The notes under the pieces: generated by a model
Database searches by the model: none
Told to the model about the DNA's origin: nothing
What the model saw: the letters and a program-made list of their open reading frames with translations, nothing else
Part shown: positions 1 through 7,567 of the stretch, piece after piece
Layout of the letters: each line of letters starts with the position of its first letter
How positions within the stretch are numbered: the first letter of the stretch is position 1
Assembly (NCBI RefSeq): GCF_003334305.1
Contig: NZ_QOWS01000045.1
Length of the DNA stretch: 7,579 bases
Origin: Escherichia coli
GTDB taxonomy: Bacteria; Pseudomonadota; Gammaproteobacteria; Enterobacterales; Enterobacteriaceae
Strand: one strand, 5' to 3'
Program-made: the position numbers and the translations under genes

Positions 1-361
<361 letters not shown>

Positions 362-482
362 GTAGCCTCCGGAATGAAAAAAATTCGATACAGCAACTTC
401 GCTGCAATGTATTCATTGCGGTAATACAGGTCTGTTTTTTTTTGCATTCGAATTCCGGGGAGGAATGTGATTTTGTGGAGCA

Positions 483-504
483 AACCGGGGGCATTGCCCC
501 GGTT
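483..504 (-). other. GC-rich hairpin (8-bp perfect stem AACCGGGG / CCCCGGTT, 6-nt loop) between alpA and the GTPase fragment
   Basis: Perfect inverted repeat read directly from the sequence, 22 nt downstream of the alpA stop. There is no adjacent U-tract on either strand, so it is not a canonical intrinsic terminator; it may be an attenuator, processing or stability element. Confidence 0.3.
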
Positions 505-526
505 CACTGATACGGTGAAATGATAT

Positions 527-766
527 CTAACGTCGCATTACCCATTCATTCAGTTCTGACTCCAGCCAGCCAACGGATTGCCTTCCCAAGCGTTTTTGTT
601 TTGGAAATGTTCCATCGTAGCGTGGCGATTTTGGATTAAGCCAGTCGTATATGGTTGAGCGTGAAATTCCCATTTTTTTCATGACATCTTTTAGCCTCAA
701 GATCCTCGGTGAATCAGGAATATTTGCGTAACTGGATGTATGTAAGGAGGGAGGGTTCTGTAACAT
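527..766 (-). CDS. alpA: AlpA-family (phage/island) helix-turn-helix transcriptional regulator / excisionase-like protein
   Basis: The translation contains RILRLKDVMKKMGISRSTIYDWLNPKSPRYDGTFPKQKRLGRQSVGWLESELNEWV, which closely matches the AlpA (Phage_AlpA) core as I recall it (RILRL...TIYDWL...FP...GWxExExxEW). There is an AAGGAA Shine-Dalgarno about 6 nt upstream of ATG 764..766. It has about 12 extra N-terminal residues compared with my recollection of E. coli AlpA, so the exact start is uncertain. Confidence 0.8.
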   Translation of the reverse strand: MLQNPPSLHTSSYANIPDSPRILRLKDVMKKMGISRSTIYDWLNPKSPRYDGTFPKQKRLGRQSVGWLESELNEWVMRR

Positions 767-879
767 CTAGGCTTCCTTAGTATGAGTTTGTTCAGGTGGG
801 TCCATATTGCCAACCACGCTGGGGCTGTCATACACTGGAAGTAACATTAAAATAAAATCACTTTAGGGATTTACTTTTC

Positions 880-1761
880 ATGAAGGATGTGAGTGCGAAT
901 TTTTTTGATGATTTCTATCTGCAAGTTTGTACCGCTTGTGAGGACAAACTTCTTGAGCTGGAATGGAAACTTGAAGTCGAAAAAAAGGAGAGCAACCAGG
1001 ATGTTCTGCGCACTTACAGGCAAAGAGCCTATGATAAAATTGAAGAATTTAAAATTATTGAGTATTCAAAAATACAATGTCAATATTTTGTAGATATGAC
1101 TAATAGCGACAATATACGCTACTCACAAGAGTTTATAAATGTTGATGGAATAATGGTTGAGAAACCTTTTATTTATAAGGAAACATATGCAGAATATCGG
1201 ATTGAAATTCGAGGAAAAATGGACGGGTATAAACTGACAGGATTAGCAAGACTATATGATGCACATTATGAATATATATATCTATCTATGGCTTTAGAAG
1301 ATTTTTACTGGGCGCAGTTCCAATATTCATTGGGCAATAAAAAAGAAAGTTGTAAGTTTCTTCTTGATGCTTATTCTTATATGAATGTCTGTATTTCGCG
1401 AGATGATAACCGAGACTTACCGAGTTTTTATCGATTAAGAAGTGGTTTTGATAAAGTATGCAGAAGAGCGCGCTCAAGCGCTGGAGGGAAAAATAAACTT
1501 GCAGAACTTGAATATATTAAAGATACAGTTGTTATCTTACTTGAAGATATTCCTTCACATAGCGACTGGAAAAATAAACGTCAACTTCTTGAATATTTAA
1601 TGCCCTATATTTGTAATAATGATAAAAAGGTCAATCCAGATAAATGGATAAATGATACAGGCGATAGAGAGGAAACTATCCGCCGCAGACTTAATAAATG
1701 GTCTACAGGTGATCTAAAAGTAGAGATTGATAAAGTCCTAAAGAACAATACTAACAATTAA
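880..1761 (+). CDS. hypothetical protein (293 aa), AT-rich orphan gene of unknown function
   Basis: A long uninterrupted ORF in a visibly AT-rich segment, which in AT-rich DNA is unlikely by chance. The translation is rich in K/E/Y/N/D with no motif I recognise. A possible sigma70 promoter TTGCCA-N18-TACACT lies at 807..836. The RBS is weak (AGGGA about 13 nt upstream of the ATG). Confidence 0.55.
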   Translation: MKDVSANFFDDFYLQVCTACEDKLLELEWKLEVEKKESNQDVLRTYRQRAYDKIEEFKIIEYSKIQCQYFVDMTNSDNIRYSQEFINVDGIMVEKPFIYKETYAEYRIEIRGKMDGYKLTGLARLYDAHYEYIYLSMALEDFYWAQFQYSLGNKKESCKFLLDAYSYMNVCISRDDNRDLPSFYRLRSGFDKVCRRARSSAGGKNKLAELEYIKDTVVILLEDIPSHSDWKNKRQLLEYLMPYICNNDKKVNPDKWINDTGDREETIRRRLNKWSTGDLKVEIDKVLKNNTNN

Positions 1762-1992
1762 TATTATTATGGTTTTGATATTTTTATGTCTATCAGGAGG
1801 GCTACTATACGATCAGTCTTGATGGGTTTGAAATTACATCGCTATGAAAATACCCCACATAAATCTATTGGAAAACCAATCATTGTTAATATGACTATTG
1901 TTATGATGACTGTTGTAATTGTGTCTACACGAGAAATTGAATGAAATTTATAGGTTTGAAGTAGCCTTAGTGGTAGTCGAAAATAATTATGT

Positions 1993-2025
1993 AAATGGGC
2001 CTGCATTTTGCAAGAAGGCCCATTT
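1993..2025 (-). terminator. Candidate intrinsic terminator hairpin (AAATGGGCC - 15-nt loop - GGCCCATTT) closing the minus-strand cassette
   Basis: A 9-bp perfect inverted repeat starts 4 nt after the stop of the 2029..2343 ORF. On the minus-strand transcript it is followed by ACAUAAUUAUUUU (a moderately U-rich tract). It sits between convergent genes. Confidence 0.35.
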
Positions 2026-2028
2026 ACG

Positions 2029-2343
2029 TCAGGGGTAAATTATATATCCCATAATCGCACAGATTAACCGGTAATCACTCACGTAGAAGATTTCCGGATT
2101 CTCAGTGCTTTGTTCACCGATAAAGAAGACTTGAGCTCTCTCTTTAGCTTTTTTATTTACTGCTTCTTTTGCTTCTTCCTGCACAGTTTCAAGCTCATTC
2201 AAAAGCATAGTCTTTTTTGGCTTTTGACCAGTCTCCCCACTCAATGTGTAGTTTATAGCTACGCGAGGGCTTAAACTTACCAGATTCGTCTTTTGCCCAT
2301 TCTCCCGAGAGCGGAATGACAATTCGGTTTTCGTCTTGCTCAA
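2029..2343 (-). CDS. hypothetical small protein; either an independent or translationally coupled ORF (alternative ATG at 2206..2208 gives 59 aa) or the frameshifted C-terminal part of the 2195..2941 gene
   Basis: The ORF overlaps the preceding 248-aa ORF by 149 nt in a different frame. The annotated start is a TTG with no clear RBS. An internal ATG at 2206..2208 overlaps the upstream stop (ATGCTTTTGAATGA), a typical coupling arrangement. The ORF ends 4 nt before the terminator hairpin. Confidence 0.3.
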   Translation of the reverse strand: MSKTKTELSFRSRENGQKTNLVSLSPRVAINYTLSGETGQKPKKTMLLNELETVQEEAKEAVNKKAKERAQVFFIGEQSTENPEIFYVSDYRLICAIMGYIIYP

Positions 2344-2941
2344 ATTTCTGCCATAACAACTGCGAATAAAAAACTCGGCGCTCAGGGTAGGGTTGAACCG
2401 GGTCTTTTAGTTTTTTAAACACGGTCATGTAAGTATCGGCATTAATACCTGGGATATTTAATGACATACCACGGTCATACGGGAAGCGAATAAATGCCCT
2501 ACAAATCTGGCGAATAGCATTAACCGGGCGGCGGGATTGCCGCGCTGGAGCATTTCCCCCGCTGGATGCTGACGATGTAGAACGTATTGGATTGGTGTTG
2601 TTGTCGCTACCAGTAGTGCCAGGATCAACAACGGGTCGTTGTTCAATCAATTTTAACCCTGCGGGCATCAAACCCGGTGCGCTGTCTAGCATGTTGCGGA
2701 CGCTTTTTTTCTGTCCCTGCTTAACCACTGTGCTTTCAGCATCTGCATCACAGTTAATATGCTCTTTTCCAGGCATTTTATTAAACGACGGTCTTTTCTT
2801 ACTTCCTTTTTGCCAAGCGGAAGGATACATCTCAATCCCACATCCCCAGCATACGTAACCGTTCGTATCTACAACATCAAGTAACCAAAGATCTTCTGCC
2901 TCAATAATCTCACTGGTATATTTATTACGTGCAGATTCCAT
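2195..2941 (-). CDS. hypothetical protein with N-terminal Cys/His cluster (CWGC...HINC, zinc-ribbon-like), a low-complexity S/T/G/N-rich linker and a C-terminal domain; probable accessory gene of the upstream NTPase
   Basis: Very strong RBS (AAGGAGA 5 nt upstream of ATG 2939..2941). It starts 45 nt after the stop of the 1283-aa gene on the same strand, consistent with an operon. The CxxC...HxxC spacing was read from the translation; no family is recognised. Confidence 0.65.
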   Translation of the reverse strand: MESARNKYTSEIIEAEDLWLLDVVDTNGYVCWGCGIEMYPSAWQKGSKKRPSFNKMPGKEHINCDADAESTVVKQGQKKSVRNMLDSAPGLMPAGLKLIEQRPVVDPGTTGSDNNTNPIRSTSSASSGGNAPARQSRRPVNAIRQICRAFIRFPYDRGMSLNIPGINADTYMTVFKKLKDPVQPYPERRVFYSQLLWQKFEQDENRIVIPLSGEWAKDESGKFKPSRSYKLHIEWGDWSKAKKDYAFE

Positions 2942-2986
2942 GATTTCTCCTTTAAACAGAATTCCTGTGAAGACGGCAACTAGCCT

Positions 2987-5900
2987 TTATTCAAACCGTT
3001 GTTCCAATGCCTCATCTTCCAATCGCTCACGTTCTTTTTCCTTTTCAACCCAGTCAGTCAGTTTTTCATAAACAGCTCTAGCCGACTTAGAAATGTCTGC
3101 ACGCTCGTGGGTGACCAACTGGCCTATCGCTTCAACCCTAGGTTGCATCACGTTCGCACGACTACCGAACCATGATGAAGGTGCTACGTGTTCGGCAAAG
3201 ATCTCAAGGACGGCTCGTGGCTCGGGTGAGGCTTCTAGAAATCTCAGAGCATCATCCTGCAAGCAAATAGGACTTTGCTCCCCGTCTTTTGACCATAGAT
3301 TAATACCTGAAGCGACTGAAGCCCAAACCTGAGGGTCTTTAGTGGTCCTGCACCATTCAATCAAAATATCTACATCGATTTTCGCAATAGGAGACTGATG
3401 TGAATCATCATGATTGATGAAATGCAGCCGCCTCTGTTGTTGATCCTCCGTACCATCAAAAATGCGACTGAGAAATTCTTTTGGCATCCATGCAGCGGTG
3501 ATACCGATAGCGTCTTCGAAAGAATAAATGTAGCCAAAATGCTCATCAACAACAGCGAAGATTGTATTCAGCCATTCTAGCTTTTCAGCCTCGTTGCCAT
3601 CGAAGCGCAATGTGGCATCGATAACACGTTCCATTGCATAATCCAGATATCCGCCGAGATCGTTGTGATCTCTTTGGAACCTCTGGATTGCAGCGGATAT
3701 TCCGATTGTTCGTAGCGCAAGACCTAGTGTATCCGTAGCATCTCCTTTATCAGCTAGTTTCATACTCAGTGCTTCCAATACTACTTCATCACCATTCGGT
3801 TTACTCAGCAGCCTTTGAGCTAGCTCGAGGACCCTGCTTTCTGGCAAATTAGAGAATTGCTCACCCCACAGAATTGCCCCATACATATGGGGCTGTATGT
3901 CAGAGTCATCCAGAAGCGACATGCAACGATCCAGATCGATTTCAGTAAACTCCTGCCAAGGATGAAGGTTGACTAATTCGAATCGAAGTTCGGAATGTTG
4001 TGCACACTGATCGAGCAGTTCCTGCGCTAATGCTGAATCGATAGAATGAGTCTCTTCAATGAAACCTCGAATGACCGAAACATCACGTTGAGATTTGTGT
4101 TGTAGATCCAATTGAATGACTAGTTGTTGCCAATAAATTCGTAGGTCAGGAGCCCCGTTAGCTAAGCCTTTACCAAATTCGACGCGATACGGCATTCCAT
4201 CCCGCAAAAAAAGATTAGGGCACAACTCATCAAGTCCATGGGAAGATACTGCAAATTCGTGCCCCAACTTGAAAGCTTTGGCACAAAGTATTTTCCTGAT
4301 TTCACTGAATTTATTAGTTCCTTGGTGCTCATAATCAGCATCTAGAGCCCAAAAATCGCGCCTATTACTGAGTACATAAGCCATGATTGCCGAAACCAAG
4401 TCTTTAGGTTCTAATTCTCGTTCCAATGTCACAAGTATTTCCGGCAATGGTTCTACGTCTTCGTTATCTTTTCTTTTTGTATGGAAAAAGTAGATTGTTG
4501 AGCGGACAGCTTTCCAGCCTTCACCCCAAGGGCGATGGGCATGTAACTTACGAGCCGCATCAATTAATTTTGACCTTATTCCTCCATGACGCCAAATCCA
4601 GCGAAATTTATCAGCCAAGATCCGCCTGGCATCATCTTCAAGCTCGGGCACTCCTGAGGTTCCTAATCTCACCAAAATATCGATGAAGGCGAATAGCCAC
4701 GCAACAAGTTCATCGTAACTGGGTCGAAATCCATAATCTCTTGGCCTAGCACCAAACTCATTAATTCCGAATCCTGTCCACGGAGGTCCGCCGAGAGCAG
4801 TTTCAAGCATTTCGATCCCCATCCTTCTACGTTCGGCCATACTTGAATCAATGCATTCATTCATGATCGCAACACGTTGTTCTAAAGAGGCATGGGTACC
4901 GGATAGATAAGGTTGGAAAAACCTCTTTATCTTATTTCGAGCCGAATCATAATTATTGCTCGCGCTTTCCTGGTCTGCGATACGGATTAAGAGCTTAATG
5001 CATCGTTCAAAGTATTTCGATTCATATGCAAGTAACTGCAACAATTTGATAATTGCTGTTCGTTGTGGGTTGTAGCGTGATTTAAAATGCTCAAAATTAG
5101 ACGTAACAAGCGTTTCTTCAATCCTCTCAAGCAAAGCTCCTGGGGCAACTGGAGCGATATAATTTAGAATGCGTGTCGATACATCATCTAGGTCTATTAT
5201 TTTTCCAAGCAGCCCTTCGGGCTGTAACCAAGCTTCAACAATCTCTTTAGCCACAGCATGGCTATGCAATAGTCCCAACCTGTGCGCGAACGACATCAAT
5301 AATCGTTGCCGATCCGGAGCTTCAAAGGTCGTTCTAAGTTGATCAATCGGAATACTATTAAGTGCAGATGCTGCCAACTTGTTAGCAATGGCATGGGGAA
5401 GGATGGCTCTCCAGTGGGATCTTTTCTGAACAATGTGACGTTCCATCAACTTCGTAACAGCTTTGAATAACTGGATTTTGGGATACCCAGAGAGCACACC
5501 CAATATTTCCAGTTCATCGGTAGCTGCATCTGGACTAGATATCGAGAACGAATACACCAGTGACAATATTTCAGCTTGCTCCCGTAAATGGCCGTCGGGA
5601 TGATTACGTTGTTCAAACAAGCGATTAAACAACTGCGCATCTGAAAGTAGGGCTAAACTCTCACCTTCTTCCACTCTTTCCGCTATAGCCAAAGCCACTC
5701 TTGCATTCCCATCTGCGAACTCTGCAATCCGACGGGCATTATTCTGACCAATAGAAGGGAAGCGACGGATAAGAAGTTGCTCTGCCACGTCTGGACCATC
5801 TGTCTCAATGTGGATGACCTCAGTTGTCTGTGGTTTGTCATCCCTAATGTCGTACTCGATCGTGATGAGACTTACTTCTTTCCCTGCGGCTGATACTTTG

Positions 5901-6838
5901 CTGGCAAGCGAAGCATGGAGTTCTGATGGGCAATTATCAAGGATCATAATTGCTCGCCGGCCTTCAGCGAGCAGGTTATCAAGCATTGCTGTAGCCGACG
6001 GTACTGGCTCATAGCCAGTATCAACATAAATAGCTACTGTTCGGTCAAGCGCATCTGTTCCAACAGTTTCATCAAAGAGCGCCTGAACGATTCGAGTCTT
6101 CCCAACACCAGACAATCCTGTAATACGAACAGCCTTGTTTGTCGAACGGATCAGTGCTCGCATTGGGTTAATTGCTTCATCAATTTTGAGTTTTTGCCCC
6201 TTTCCCGATGGTAAAGTAATGGTTACGCCTGGGGCTGAGATTAAAGTGTCTATAACACCTTGTGGTGGATTGCTCCAGGCTCCGTAGGGTTGCCAACCGG
6301 AATACCCTTGCCCAAGCTTTGCTTTTACCCACAGCATGACTGATGGATGTTGGCGCAACCATTGGATGAGTTTGGAGCGGTCGTAGAAATCAAGATGAAG
6401 ATAACTTTCGTTAGGATCATCTTTTACTGCATCCCTCATCGCTTTGAGACGATCCTTCTTTCCTGACGGCGAGCAATCATCACCCAGGCTGACAATGATG
6501 TAACTGCCTTGCTTTCTGGCTTGTTCAGAAATGATGGGAGAAAGTGCTTTGCCGGTGCCAATTTCCCTCTCAATTGCAGACTTAGGCATCTTATGTTTCT
6601 TTGCCTGAAAGACCGTATCAGGTCTTACAAGAAAGCCTGCTTTCAGTTGATCAATTGGAACCTGAACATGGATGTCAATTCCTCCGTCAGGGGCTGTAAT
6701 TGAACCAGACCAATTTACACATGCTGGGCTATGGCCGTGCATTGCCACTTCAGCTTCTGCTAGCCGAGCGATCAGCTCTTCCAGCTGGATATCGGAGAGC
6801 CGAAGTAATTCGTCCTTTTCAATGTCAAAGATTGCCAC
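2987..6838 (-). CDS. Large multidomain defence-type protein: N-terminal Mrr-like PD-(D/E)xK nuclease domain + STAND/AAA+-type P-loop NTPase + long C-terminal helical (probable sensor) region; Avs-like antiviral STAND candidate
   Basis: A 1283-aa ORF with no internal stop. The Mrr-like signature is DGGID (aa 51-55, nt 6674..6688) plus QAK (aa 78-80, nt 6599..6607). Walker A GLSGVGKT is at aa 241-248 (nt 6095..6118), Walker B IMILDN around aa 297-302 (nt 5933..5950) and a GNAR lid/sensor-like motif at aa 377-380 (nt 5699..5710). The remaining roughly 850 aa are predominantly helical-looking sequence. The start is a GTG with an in-frame TAG 12 nt upstream and a weak SD, so the start codon is uncertain. 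Confidence 0.85.
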   Translation of the reverse strand: MAIFDIEKDELLRLSDIQLEELIARLAEAEVAMHGHSPACVNWSGSITAPDGGIDIHVQVPIDQLKAGFLVRPDTVFQAKKHKMPKSAIEREIGTGKALSPIISEQARKQGSYIIVSLGDDCSPSGKKDRLKAMRDAVKDDPNESYLHLDFYDRSKLIQWLRQHPSVMLWVKAKLGQGYSGWQPYGAWSNPPQGVIDTLISAPGVTITLPSGKGQKLKIDEAINPMRALIRSTNKAVRITGLSGVGKTRIVQALFDETVGTDALDRTVAIYVDTGYEPVPSATAMLDNLLAEGRRAIMILDNCPSELHASLASKVSAAGKEVSLITIEYDIRDDKPQTTEVIHIETDGPDVAEQLLIRRFPSIGQNNARRIAEFADGNARVALAIAERVEEGESLALLSDAQLFNRLFEQRNHPDGHLREQAEILSLVYSFSISSPDAATDELEILGVLSGYPKIQLFKAVTKLMERHIVQKRSHWRAILPHAIANKLAASALNSIPIDQLRTTFEAPDRQRLLMSFAHRLGLLHSHAVAKEIVEAWLQPEGLLGKIIDLDDVSTRILNYIAPVAPGALLERIEETLVTSNFEHFKSRYNPQRTAIIKLLQLLAYESKYFERCIKLLIRIADQESASNNYDSARNKIKRFFQPYLSGTHASLEQRVAIMNECIDSSMAERRRMGIEMLETALGGPPWTGFGINEFGARPRDYGFRPSYDELVAWLFAFIDILVRLGTSGVPELEDDARRILADKFRWIWRHGGIRSKLIDAARKLHAHRPWGEGWKAVRSTIYFFHTKRKDNEDVEPLPEILVTLERELEPKDLVSAIMAYVLSNRRDFWALDADYEHQGTNKFSEIRKILCAKAFKLGHEFAVSSHGLDELCPNLFLRDGMPYRVEFGKGLANGAPDLRIYWQQLVIQLDLQHKSQRDVSVIRGFIEETHSIDSALAQELLDQCAQHSELRFELVNLHPWQEFTEIDLDRCMSLLDDSDIQPHMYGAILWGEQFSNLPESRVLELAQRLLSKPNGDEVVLEALSMKLADKGDATDTLGLALRTIGISAAIQRFQRDHNDLGGYLDYAMERVIDATLRFDGNEAEKLEWLNTIFAVVDEHFGYIYSFEDAIGITAAWMPKEFLSRIFDGTEDQQQRRLHFINHDDSHQSPIAKIDVDILIEWCRTTKDPQVWASVASGINLWSKDGEQSPICLQDDALRFLEASPEPRAVLEIFAEHVAPSSWFGSRANVMQPRVEAIGQLVTHERADISKSARAVYEKLTDWVEKEKERERLEDEALEQRFE

Positions 6839-7232
6839 TTTTAAACCCTATAAAAGATATTGCGACCATAGAAAAAGTTGCTCTTAGTCTAACCAATGAG
6901 GGAAGAGATGTCCGCTGAACATTTACAATTAAAACCATCCACTTCAATTGGTTAAGATGTTCTGACTCAGAACTGTGATGTCGATCATACCTACTTTTAC
7001 GTAGAGCTATCAGTATGTATGAAACTAAGGTCTAGTATGAACAAAGGACAGGCTCATGCTTTATATGACTGTGAGGTTAACGAGCATTCTAGGTGCAAAA
7101 AGTTCCACTAACTTGATGATTTTTTATTCTTGAGGTGGTTTAGTGCGAGTTTAAAAATTTGGCTAATGTTTAAGATCAATAAATAAGTCCTGATTTTTTA
7201 CTCTTTAGCAATTTTGTTAGCATTTTGTGTAC

Positions 7233-7252
7233 ATTAAAAATGAATTTTTAAT
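7233..7252. promoter_or_regulatory. Perfect palindrome ATTAAAAAT-GA-ATTTTTAAT (9-bp arms, 2-bp spacer); candidate operator in the divergent promoter region
   Basis: Read directly from the sequence. It lies about 54 nt upstream of the RBS-equipped ATG at 7306 and within the AT-rich region upstream of the large minus-strand gene. AT-rich DNA gives such palindromes by chance at some rate, hence the low confidence. Confidence 0.25.
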
Positions 7253-7305
7253 ATTAGTTTTTTTTAGATTTGGTTGTTTAAAATTTTATTGGGTGGAGTA
7301 CCAAT

Positions 7306-7540
7306 ATGAAATGGATAAAAAGCACTTAACCTTCAGCAATGGGCAGATTCTATTCCTGCAAAAGTTATTTTTCCAGCACTAATCGCTGATCTTATACGTG
7401 CAACGGCTAACAGTATTACTGAAATTAGATTTCCTAATGGTGATAAGGGACAGGTTAGAGGTTATGACGGTGTACTTAAAGCCGAGGGGGTGGCCCCCTA
7501 TGTGATCTTACCCAGCAATAGTGGACACGCGGCTAAGTGA
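7306..7540 (+). pseudogene. Small plus-strand reading frame interrupted by a frameshift at an A5 run (MKWIKST-stop in frame; 73 stop-free codons follow in the +1 frame)
   Basis: ATG 7306..7308 has a good RBS (GGTGGAG, 7-nt spacer) but hits TAA after 7 codons. The next frame is open from 7319 to TGA 7538..7540 and has no ATG/GTG/TTG near its start. Removing one A from the run at 7317..7321 would fuse the two into a 78-aa ORF. Confidence 0.2.
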
Positions 7541-7567
7541 GTAAACTCTCAGTCAGAGGTGACTCAC

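Noticed and set aside
404-443. Palindrome GCAATGtattCATTGC followed by a T9 run as a plus-strand terminator
   Set aside because: The T-run is 15 nt from the stem, which is too far for a canonical intrinsic terminator, and there is no credible plus-strand gene upstream to terminate.
893-1477. Small ORFs 893..1093 (+) and 1286..1477 (-) inside the 293-aa gene
   Set aside because: They are nested in alternative frames or antisense within the longer, better-supported ORF.
2458-2858. ORFs 2458..2646 (-) and 2592..2858 (+) inside the 248-aa gene
   Set aside because: Alternative-frame or antisense ORFs nested in a gene that has a near-consensus RBS. No independent support.
3093-6918. Ten short ORFs (60-88 aa) on both strands overlapping the 1283-aa gene, including 6672..6887 and 6700..6918 at its 5' end
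   Set aside because: All are nested within or antisense to the long ORF that carries the coherent nuclease and NTPase motifs. They are the usual chance ORFs in a long coding region.
7484-7498. GGGGG-TGG-CCCCC short inverted repeat
   Set aside because: It lies inside the open plus-strand frame (encoding EGVAP), is only 5 bp with a 3-nt loop and has no U-tract. Probably coincidental.
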